A program made the position numbers and the translations under genes. Source: an uncultured Thermoleophilaceae bacterium (GTDB lineage: Bacteria > Actinomycetota > Thermoleophilia > Solirubrobacterales > Thermoleophilaceae). From it: DNA of 64,000 nt. This document shows, piece after piece, positions 1-7,149 of this stretch. A model generated the notes under the pieces. The model was not told the origin of the DNA, made no database searches, and worked only from the letters and a program-made list of their open reading frames with translations. Every line of letters begins with the position of its first letter. The first letter of the stretch is position 1. The stretch lies in contig CAWFBT010000016.1 in assembly GCA_963814095.1 (NCBI GenBank), positions 32,000-95,999 of the forward strand. Direction: 5' to 3'.

Positions 1-833
1 TTGCGTCCGACGAAGCCGTCGGCGCGGTCGACTCGCATGACGACGTGCTTGGCATAGCCGCCCGGCTTCGCCCCCGGCCCCTTGCCCCGATAGTCGGTGC
101 CGGCGTCCATGATTACGTCCTCGGGCTTCGGCCCCGTGCCCTCGATCTGCAGGTTGCACCGCAGGCACCGGCCGAGCTCCTGCCGCGGGATCCCTCTGCG
201 GTCCGAGCGCGGCGGCACTGGCGGTTTGCCTTTGACGGCGCGCCCCTGCACGTAGATCAGGTTCTGGTCGTTCGGGCAGGTGACCTGGTACTCGTAGCTC
301 GGGGTGAGGTCTCCACTGGCGTCCCTCTGGAGCAGGCTCGGGTTGCACTTCGGGTCGTTCTCCGGGGCCCTGCGCGAGGCCGGCTCGGTATAGCGGCCCG
401 GCATGATCAGGATCCGGTCGTTGTTCCCTGCGTCGAGAACCGCCGCCTGGACCGAGCGGTAGTCGCACTGCGCCGCCAGCGCGCCGTTGATGGCGAGCAG
501 CCGCTGCGCCTGGCGCTTGGAGAGCTTGAGCTTCGGCTGGCTCGGACGGAGGCGGTAGCCCTTCTTGCGGGCCTCGCGCACCGATGCGCGCAGGAGGGCC
601 AGCGAGTGCGCGCCCCTGGTGCCCTTGCATACGACGAGCACGTCGCCGCGGCGGGACCCGGCGACGGGCACGGGGCCGGGTCGTGCCCCGCGCACCGCCG
701 ACGCCAACGAGCGCGCCCTGGGCACCTTGCCGCCGGCCGGCGGGCTTACGGAGTTGTCGGGGCGCGGGTCCGGCCAGTACGACGGCCGCTCGAGGTGAGC
801 CAGGGCTAGCGCCGGCAGAGCCAGCATCATCAT
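1..833 (-). CDS. Secreted right-handed beta-helix-like protein, N-terminal part (gene runs off the left edge)
   Basis: Not in the ORF track because it is open at the window edge. Manual translation from ATGATGATG at 833..825 gives MMMLALPALALAHLERPSYWPDP..., a signal-peptide-like N-terminus. It continues ...DYRSVQAAVLDAGNNDRILIMPGRYTEPA... (typical beta-helix/pectate-lyase-like start) with no stop down to base 1. Third-codon positions are strongly GC-biased. Confidence 0.6.
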   Translation of the reverse strand, partial: MMMLALPALALAHLERPSYWPDPRPDNSVSPPAGGKVPRARSLASAVRGARPGPVPVAGSRRGDVLVVCKGTRGAHSLALLRASVREARKKGYRLRPSQPKLKLSKRQAQRLLAINGALAAQCDYRSVQAAVLDAGNNDRILIMPGRYTEPASRRAPENDPKCNPSLLQRDASGDLTPSYEYQVTCPNDQNLIYVQGRAVKGKPPVPPRSDRRGIPRQELGRCLRCNLQIEGTGPKPEDVIMDAGTDYRGKGPGAKPGGYAKHVVMRVDRADGFVGR

Positions 834-1124
834 GACTGCGAGCGTGGCGGGCAGCGAAACTCCACGCCTCGTGAAACGCCGGTTACGTGTTGACTTCTCC
901 CGCAACCCAACCTCCTCGGCCTTCGTCGTCGAGCCCACGCGGCCCCGGCGGGGGTCGCGGCGCGAATCTAACAGAGCCCTGGCGGCGGACGCCCCTTGTA
1001 CCGCGCGTCGGGGCGGAGAAGGACGCCGTCCTCACGGAGTCGGCGTTTGTGCAGTGACGTGCTGACTACTCGTTCGTGTCGGCGTTGCCGATCCGGAGGT
1101 TGGGACCTCGGCGTCGCCGTAGCG

Positions 1125-1787
1125 CTAGGGGACCCGGATCTCACCGGATCGGCCATGCAGAGTCTTGCCGTGCTGGACCTCCGGGTGCACGGCGACTGCG
1201 ATGCCGCCCAGGAGCAGTGCCACGACGACGATCCAGACTGCGGTCAGCACCCCTCGACGGCGGCGTCTACGGCGGTAGGCAGCCAGATCCTCGGTCCCCA
1301 CGAGCTCGGCGACGACGCGCTCGGAGAGGCCGAGGCTCCGATCGCGGCAGTGGGCGAGTAGTCCGTCGGGCCCGTCTAGGTGCAAGAGCTCGAGCTCGTA
1401 GGTCTCCGCGAGTCGCTCGAGCCGGCGTGCGTTGCCGTTCGGCAGTAGCGCGAGTGCGTGCGGTCGCCCTCGCTCGGCGCGGAACCCGTCCGCGTGGACC
1501 TCGACCGCGCCTGAGGCCTCGAGGATCCCCGGCACCTCGCCTCGGAAGCCGCACACCCGGCGCGCGGTCGCGCGGCTCGGGTGCCAGGCGTGCAGCCCGC
1601 ATGTGCATGTCGTTCCGGGCGGGGTGTGGGGCGGCGTCACCGAGCACTCGGCCTCGAGCCACGCACCCCGGCCTGGCCACGGTGTCGACCGATTCGGTCC
1701 GATCAGGCGTTCGTGGCCCGGCGTCCCGGCCACACGCCACGTTCGCAGACCGTAGATCGGGCCCGGAACGAGGGGAGCCTCGCTCAT
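1125..1787 (-). CDS. Hypothetical protein with C-terminal transmembrane anchor
   Basis: Inner ATG (MSEAPLVPGPIYGLRTWRV...) of ORF 1125..2087. The longer N-terminal extension looks like non-coding read-through. The C-terminus has RRRRRRRGVLTAVWIVVVALLLGGIAVAV (basic stretch plus TM helix). The start overlaps the stop of a small upstream ORF (ATGA). Confidence 0.55.
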   Translation of the reverse strand: MSEAPLVPGPIYGLRTWRVAGTPGHERLIGPNRSTPWPGRGAWLEAECSVTPPHTPPGTTCTCGLHAWHPSRATARRVCGFRGEVPGILEASGAVEVHADGFRAERGRPHALALLPNGNARRLERLAETYELELLHLDGPDGLLAHCRDRSLGLSERVVAELVGTEDLAAYRRRRRRRGVLTAVWIVVVALLLGGIAVAVHPEVQHGKTLHGRSGEIRVP

Positions 1788-1933
1788 GCCTGCGGCTGCG
1801 GCTCGCCCTCCGGTTCCTTCGCAGCGGCGGGTTCCGGGATCGCAGCGGCCGGTTCCGTAATCACCGTCCCCGACGGCACCACGATCGCGACCAGAATCGT
1901 CCGCGATGGTTGCTCGAGGCGCACTGAATTCAT
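1784..1933 (-). CDS. Small 49-aa hydrophobic/Pro-Ala-rich protein, translationally coupled to the downstream gene
   Basis: Inner ATG of ORF 1784..2029 (MNSVRLEQPSRTILVAIVVPSGTVITEPAAAIPEPAAAKEPEGEPQPQA). It is preceded by AAGGAG four nt upstream, and its TGA overlaps the ATG of the 1125..1787 gene. Confidence 0.4.
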   Translation of the reverse strand: MNSVRLEQPSRTILVAIVVPSGTVITEPAAAIPEPAAAKEPEGEPQPQA

Positions 1934-2094
1934 CGTACTCCTTGCATGCCGCGCCCCCGCCGACGCGGACAACGCCTGCGCGCCATGTTTGCGAACCGCT
2001 GGCCAGACGTAGCCAAGATCTATCCGCACTCGGAACGTTTGAGCATGCGCTAGCGCGGTGGCAGCGTTCCGCCTCGGAAGCGGACACGGGAAAA

Positions 2095-2167
<73 letters not shown>

Positions 2168-2194
2168 CGGCGGCCGAGTCTAGTATCAGCGCCC

Positions 2195-2545
2195 GTGGAT
2201 CCCCGGCTCTTCTGGAAGTCGCTGCTGGTTCAGGCCGCTTTCGTGGGCGTCCTGTTCGCGATCCTGATTGCGCTGCCGCTCGGGGACGACTTCTTCGAGG
2301 ACTACGGCTGGATCACCGGGCCGGTCGCGTGGTTTGGCTGCTCGGTGCTGACCGCGCGCGTGCTCGTCATACCGGTCGGCTACGTGCTCTTCTCGGCGAT
2401 CGCCGCCGGGGTCTGCGGAACGATCGTGTTGCTCGTCGCCAGCCACTGGGCCGGCATGGTCGTGGCCCTGCTCGTCTTCGCCGCCTCGAACGCGACCTAT
2501 GACCCGGACGCGGTCGAGGAGGACTACGACCCGGCGCCTAGGTGA
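2195..2545 (+). CDS. Small integral membrane protein
   Basis: 116-aa ORF with GTG start and three or four hydrophobic helices (LLVQAAFVGVLFAILIAL, VLFSAIAAGVCGTIVLLVA, MVVALLVFAA). Confidence 0.55.
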   Translation: MDPRLFWKSLLVQAAFVGVLFAILIALPLGDDFFEDYGWITGPVAWFGCSVLTARVLVIPVGYVLFSAIAAGVCGTIVLLVASHWAGMVVALLVFAASNATYDPDAVEEDYDPAPR

Positions 2546-3245
2546 AGGCGTTCACCGCGCGCGCCACCACGAGCCCGAACAGGGCGAGCGCCACGGTTGA
2601 CTGAACGACCATCGTGTACTTCGCGCGCAGCGTCAGCGGCATCACGTCGGTCGGGCTGAAGGCCGTCGCGTTCGTGAAGCCGAGGTGGAGGTAGTCGAGG
2701 AACACTGGTCGCCAGCCGGGCCGGGCGAGCTCGGGACTCATGTGCTGGGTGAACGCGAAGTCCACCGGCCCCGGGTGCCGAGAACGGGCGAGCGGGCCGC
2801 CTCCGTCCAGTAGCCAATAGAGCATCGCGAAGGCGAGGATGTTCCCGAGCCAGACCTCGGCGCCCGACGCGAGCAGCTCGCTGGGGTTCTGAGACACTCC
2901 CGAGCCCTCGATCAGGTCGTGGAGCAGGACCACCGTCGCCCACAGCGCCGCCAGGACGAGCAGCCCCACGATCGCGATCGTCACGCGATGCAGCCGCCGG
3001 CGCTCGGCGGCACCCGTGGGGTTGCTGGTGAGCAGCACGAACAGCAGCACCACCTCGATCGCCGGCACGAGCCAGGGCACGTGCGCCACGCTCTCGTTGG
3101 GGATGTAGATCCTCGCAGCGAGGTTGAGCGCCATGAAGATGAGCAGCGCCGCGAGCGGAGGCCAGCGCGGCTCGCCGAGGTGTTCGTCCATCACATGCGG
3201 GCCGGCGTGCTCGTCCACAGGGGCGGCTTCGCCGTCCAGGACCAT
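2538..3245 (-). CDS. DUF1345-like membrane protein
   Basis: 235-aa polytopic membrane ORF. Family assignment is from memory of DUF1345-type sequences (…FAMLYWLLDGGGP…FLDYLHLGFTNATAFSPTDV…). Confidence 0.7.
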   Translation of the reverse strand: MVLDGEAAPVDEHAGPHVMDEHLGEPRWPPLAALLIFMALNLAARIYIPNESVAHVPWLVPAIEVVLLFVLLTSNPTGAAERRRLHRVTIAIVGLLVLAALWATVVLLHDLIEGSGVSQNPSELLASGAEVWLGNILAFAMLYWLLDGGGPLARSRHPGPVDFAFTQHMSPELARPGWRPVFLDYLHLGFTNATAFSPTDVMPLTLRAKYTMVVQSTVALALFGLVVARAVNAFT

Positions 3246-3353
3246 GCGCGCATCGTTCCATAGCGGCAGCGGGTGATTCTCGTGCTCGGCTGCCTGACCT
3301 TCCTGGGAGCCCTGATCCGGATGGCAACCCTGCCGGTGCAGCCGGCGACCTAG

Positions 3354-3425
3354 TAGCCCCGACGAGAATCGAACTCGCGCTACGAGAGTGAAAGTCTCGC
3401 GTGCTAACCACTACACCACGGGGCC
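3354..3425 (-). tRNA. tRNA-Glu (anticodon TTC)
   Basis: Reverse complement GGCCCCGTGGTGTAGTGGTTAGCACGCGAGACTTTCACTCTCGTAGCGCGAGTTCGATTCTCGTCGGGGCTA. Anticodon stem CGAGA/TCTCG, loop CTTTCAC. Confidence 0.9.
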
Positions 3426-3448
3426 GCGCGCCTAAGTCTAGGCTCGCC

Positions 3449-4150
3449 TCAGTAGGGCGGGACGAAGGCGTCCCAGCGGAGCTCCGGGCGCTGCGCCGGA
3501 CAGCGGAGCACGGCGAGCCCGCCGGTCCCGCTCGGGACTCCCCGTCGCCATCGCCGGGCGCGCCAGCGAAAGCCGTCCGGGAGCGCGCCGGGCTCCAGTG
3601 CGAGGCCGAGGTTGCGCTCCGCGTACGCGACGGCGGTGCGGATGGATGGCATCCACATGTCGTCCATCACGATCAGCCCCTCGGGGCGGACCAGCCGCGT
3701 CATGAAGTACAGGTCCATGAGCGCCGACTCGAAGCGGTGATCGCCGTCGACGAAGGCGATGTCGAAGCTCCGCCCTACCGACACAAGCCGCGGCAACGCG
3801 AGCTGACTCTCCTCCTCGATGACCTCGACGTGGTCTCGCACACCGGCCTCCTCCAGAGCCATCAGCCCGGCACCGCCCCACGAGGACTCCTGGAACGGAT
3901 CGATCGCGAGGTGACTTCCGCCGCGACCGATCACCGCCCGGCAGAAGAACAGCGCAGACATCCCGAGCGCAAGACCGACCTCGATCGTCTGCTCTGCACC
4001 TTCGGCGCTGGCTAGCTCATACAGCGCCTCGCCCTGGTCGCGCTCGATGCTGTGCGGCGAGAGCGCGATCATGTCGCCGCTCCGCGTGGGCACGTGGCCG
4101 CGCGCGTAGGTCTCGGCCAGATGCGCGTTGAGCCGCTCCGCGACGGTCAC
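3449..4150 (-). CDS. Class I SAM-dependent O-methyltransferase (caffeoyl-CoA OMT-like)
   Basis: 233-aa ORF with motif-I-like IEVGLALGMSALFF and FVDGDH, resembling Methyltransf_24/O-MT family members. Confidence 0.75.
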   Translation of the reverse strand: MTVAERLNAHLAETYARGHVPTRSGDMIALSPHSIERDQGEALYELASAEGAEQTIEVGLALGMSALFFCRAVIGRGGSHLAIDPFQESSWGGAGLMALEEAGVRDHVEVIEEESQLALPRLVSVGRSFDIAFVDGDHRFESALMDLYFMTRLVRPEGLIVMDDMWMPSIRTAVAYAERNLGLALEPGALPDGFRWRARRWRRGVPSGTGGLAVLRCPAQRPELRWDAFVPPY

Positions 4151-4163
4151 GCGGAGCCTTCAG

Positions 4164-4479
4164 TGGGTCGCCTGGGACTCGAACCCAGAACCAACGGATT
4201 AACAATCCCGCACCGGCTCTCACCGGCCGCCGCGGGCGCGGCGTTGCGGGCTGGACCATCTCTTCGCCCTCGGCTCGACGTTAGGGCGGGCGGCGTATGG
4301 CCTCTGAGGGCTCTCCGGATATCCGGGTTGCCTGCTGATTGCCCAATCCCGGGGATTTTCACCATTCGGTACCCACGGGCTCTAAGGGGGTTCCAGCAAA
4401 CAGCCGCCGACCAACCAGCGGTTTCCCGACTGGCGCTCCTTTTCAAAGTCCGCTGCTCTACCAATTGAGCTAACGACCC
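4164..4479 (-). tRNA. tRNA-Lys (anticodon TTT), split gene: exon 1 4446..4479, exon 2 4164..4202
   Basis: Joined exons give GGGTCGTTAGCTCAATTGGTAGAGCAGCGGACTT|TTAATCCGTTGGTTCTGGGTTCGAGTCCCAGGCGACCCA. This is a canonical class I cloverleaf, very close to E. coli-type tRNA-Lys(UUU), with anticodon loop CTTTTAA. Confidence 0.85.
4203..4445 (-). ncRNA. Group I intron (IC3-like) inside tRNA-Lys, between positions 34 and 35
   Basis: 243 nt. The 5' exon ends in U and the intron ends in G (…GCGGGAUUG). It has a GAAA-capped hairpin CCAGUCGG-GAAA-CCGCUGG near the 5' end. The core CAGAGGCC…CCCUAACGUCGAGCCGAGGGCGAAGAGAUGGUCC resembles, from memory, the P7/P8 region of cyanobacterial tRNA-Leu(UAA) and Azoarcus tRNA-Ile introns. 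No internal ORF. Confidence 0.8.
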
Positions 4480-4538
4480 AGCGGCCAATTATGGCGCGTG
4501 CGACGACGGGCGGGTGCTGGGTGCGCCCGGACCCGGCG

Positions 4539-4874
4539 TCAGGCCGCTGCGACTTCGCCGCTAGTCGCCTTCGGCGGCTCCGCCGTAAGCACGGCGTCCA
4601 GCAGACCCGGGAAGCGCCCGTCGAGCTCGTCCTTGCGGAGCGAGAGCATGCGCGTCCGGCCGTCGGGGCGGGTCCTCACCACGCCGGACTCGCGCAGCAC
4701 GCGGAAGTGGTGCGAGAGCGTGGCCTTCGAGAGACCCAGATCGAAGGTGCCGCAGGTGCACTCGTCGCGGATCGCGAGCTGTCGGACGATCTGCAACCTG
4801 GCGGGATCGCTGAGGGCGTGGAGCACGCCGGGAAGCTCGAGCTCCGCGCAAGATGGGTGGTGGGGCTCTCTCAT
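4539..4874 (-). CDS. ArsR/SmtB family transcriptional regulator
   Basis: 111 aa. LHALSDPARLQIVRQL…CTCGTFDLGLSKATLSHHFRVLRESGVV is the typical winged-helix ArsR signature. Confidence 0.85.
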   Translation of the reverse strand: MREPHHPSCAELELPGVLHALSDPARLQIVRQLAIRDECTCGTFDLGLSKATLSHHFRVLRESGVVRTRPDGRTRMLSLRKDELDGRFPGLLDAVLTAEPPKATSGEVAAA

Positions 4875-4943
4875 GGAAAAGAAGAAGCCTGCCGCCGCAA
4901 CTCTAGCGACCGTTCGATAGATGTCTAAGCGGCATCTGGACGA

Positions 4944-6542
4944 TCAGTGCCGGAAGTGCCGGCGAGCCGTGAACACCATCGCTACGCCCGCGGCGTCGCA
5001 CGCGTCGACGACCTCGGGATCACGCTGCGAGCCGCCCGGCTGGATGATCGCGCGCACGCCCGCCTCGATCGCGAGCTGCGGCCCGTCGGTGAACGGGAAG
5101 AAGGCGTCGGAGGCCATCACGGCCCCCTCGAGCGGACGCTCCGCCGCGCGCGCCTTGTCGATCGCGATGCGCACCGAGTCGACGCGGCTCATCTGCCCTG
5201 CCCCGAGGCCGACCGTGGCGAGCTCCTTGGCGAGCACGATCGCGTTCGAGCGCACGTGCTTGGCGACGCGCATCGCGAACAGCAGCTCGCCCCACTCCTG
5301 CTCGGTCGGCTTGCGCTCGGTCGCGACGCTCATGTCCTCGCGCAGCTCGAGGCCGGTGTCGCGGTCCTGCACGAGCAGCCCGCCGCGCACGCGCTTGTAG
5401 TCGTGCTCGTTGATCGTCGCCCGGCGGCGTTCCTGGTTGTGGAGGATGCGTACGTTCGGCTTCTGCATCAGGACGTCGAGCGCCTCCTCCGCGTAGCCGG
5501 GCGCGAACACGACCTCGACGAACATCGAGTGCAGCCTCTCGGCCAGCGCGCGGTCGACCGGGCGGTTGAAGCAGAAGACACCGCCGAACGCGCTCACGGG
5601 ATCGGTCGCGAGCGCGCGGTCGAACGCGTCGCTGAGATCCGTGCCGACGGCCGCGCCGCACGGGTTGTTGTGCTTGACGATGGCCGCCGCCGGCAACTCG
5701 AAGTCCTCGACCAGTCTCCGTCCCGACTCGAGGTCGAGCAGGTTGTTGAACGAGAGCTCGCGGCCGTGCAGCTTCGACACCATCGAAAGCAGGTGCGAGC
5801 GCGCGCCGACCTCGGCGTAGTAGGCGGCGCGCTGATGCGGGTTCTCGCCGTAGGGCAGGTCGAGCACCTTCTCGTAAGAGCGCGTGTACTGGGACGGGAA
5901 GTCCTCCTCGCGCTCGGCGAACCAGCGCGAGATGGCGCTGTCGTAGCGCGCCGTGTACGCGAACGCCTCGAGCGCGAGCGTCTGGCGTGTCCGCGACGAC
6001 AGCTTGCCGGCGCTCTCCGTGAGCTCCTCGATGACGGCGTCGTAGCTCTCGGGTGAGACGACCACGGCTGTGTAGGCGTTGTTCTTGGCCGCAGCGCGAA
6101 TCAGCGTCGGCCCGCCGATGTCGATGTTCTCGATCACCTCGGCGTCCTCGACGCCGCGCCGGGACGAGACGCGCTCGAACGGATAGAGGTTCACGCACAC
6201 GAGGTCGATCGGCTCGATCTCGAGCGAGTTCAGCGTGTCGACGTGCTCCACCTCGGAGCGCACGGCCAGCACGCCGGCATGTATGCGCGGGTTGAGCGTC
6301 TTGACGCGCCCGTCGAGGATCTCCGGGAAGCCCGTGTAGTCCTCGACCGCGCGGGCGTCGATGCCCTCCTCGGCGAGCTCGCGGGCCGTGCCTCCCGTCG
6401 AGACGATCTCGACGCCGAGCTCGGCGAGGCCGCGCGCGAACTCGACGAGGCCGCGCTTGTCGGACACGCTCAGGAGAGCGCGCCTGATTCGCACCTCGCC
6501 CGGGGCGGTCAGCTCGACGCCGCGCGGCTCAGTCTGCGACAT
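4944..6542 (-). CDS. purH: Bifunctional AICAR transformylase / IMP cyclohydrolase
   Basis: 532 aa with an MGS-like N-terminus (ALLSVSDKRGLVEFARGL…VSTGGTA) and the AICARFT domain. It ends …MVFTARRHFRH. Confidence 0.95.
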   Translation of the reverse strand: MSQTEPRGVELTAPGEVRIRRALLSVSDKRGLVEFARGLAELGVEIVSTGGTARELAEEGIDARAVEDYTGFPEILDGRVKTLNPRIHAGVLAVRSEVEHVDTLNSLEIEPIDLVCVNLYPFERVSSRRGVEDAEVIENIDIGGPTLIRAAAKNNAYTAVVVSPESYDAVIEELTESAGKLSSRTRQTLALEAFAYTARYDSAISRWFAEREEDFPSQYTRSYEKVLDLPYGENPHQRAAYYAEVGARSHLLSMVSKLHGRELSFNNLLDLESGRRLVEDFELPAAAIVKHNNPCGAAVGTDLSDAFDRALATDPVSAFGGVFCFNRPVDRALAERLHSMFVEVVFAPGYAEEALDVLMQKPNVRILHNQERRRATINEHDYKRVRGGLLVQDRDTGLELREDMSVATERKPTEQEWGELLFAMRVAKHVRSNAIVLAKELATVGLGAGQMSRVDSVRIAIDKARAAERPLEGAVMASDAFFPFTDGPQLAIEAGVRAIIQPGGSQRDPEVVDACDAAGVAMVFTARRHFRH

Positions 6543-7149
6543 CGATGTGCACCAGCCTCGGGTTCTCGGGATCGACGCTGACCCCGCCCTGTGCGATGAG
6601 CCGCACCGCCCGGGGTAACAGGCGGTGCTCGATCTGATGGACCCGCTCCTCGATCTCCGCGATATCCCGATGGTATGGAAGGTTGAAGGCTTCCTGCAAG
6701 AGAACTGGACCGGTGTCCACCCCCTCGTCGACGAAGTGGACCGTGACGCCGGCCACCTTCACGCCGTACTCGAGCGCCTGCTCGATCGCCCGGACGCCGG
6801 GAAATGCGGGCAGCAGCGCGGGATGGACGTTGATGATGCGGCCTGCGAAGCGGCGAATGAACTCGGGCGTGAGGACCTCCATGAACCCCGCCAGCACGAG
6901 CAGGTCCGGCCGCCGTTCGTCGAGCCAGCCGGCAAGCGCCGCGTCACGCTGCGCGCGCGTGTCGTGGTCGCCGATCGCGAACACCCCGGTCTCGATCCCG
7001 GCGCCCTGGGCGCGCGCGAGCCCGCCCGCCTCCGCTCTGCTTGCGGCCACGGCCACGATCTCGATCCCCTCGCGGCCGTGCACGCTGTCGATCAGCGCCT
7101 GCAGGTTGGTCCCCTCCCCGGAGAGGAGAACCGCGATGTCGAAGCTCAC
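6529..7149 (-). CDS. purN: Phosphoribosylglycinamide formyltransferase
   Basis: GTG start (VSFDIAVLLSGEGTNLQALI…INVHPALLPAFPG…) overlaps the recQ stop as GTGA. The ORF-track N-terminal extension to 7611 lies inside recQ and is rejected. The 3' end overlaps the purH start by 14 nt. Confidence 0.9.
   Translation of the reverse strand: MSFDIAVLLSGEGTNLQALIDSVHGREGIEIVAVAASRAEAGGLARAQGAGIETGVFAIGDHDTRAQRDAALAGWLDERRPDLLVLAGFMEVLTPEFIRRFAGRIINVHPALLPAFPGVRAIEQALEYGVKVAGVTVHFVDEGVDTGPVLLQEAFNLPYHRDIAEIEERVHQIEHRLLPRAVRLIAQGGVSVDPENPRLVHIDVAD

Noticed and set aside
45-809. 254-aa plus-strand ORF at the left edge
   Set aside because: It is antisense to a much more protein-like minus-strand frame that has a signal peptide and beta-helix-type sequence and is open to the window edge. 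The plus-strand translation is Arg/Ala/Pro-rich noise.
4052-4488. ORFs 4147..4488 (-) and 4052..4468 (+)
   Set aside because: They cover the split tRNA-Lys gene and its group I intron. The RNA interpretation explains the whole region.
4947-6198. ORFs 4947..6056 (+) and 5020..6198 (-) inside purH
   Set aside because: They are alternative or antisense frames of a clearly recognisable purH, with Arg/Ala-rich composition.
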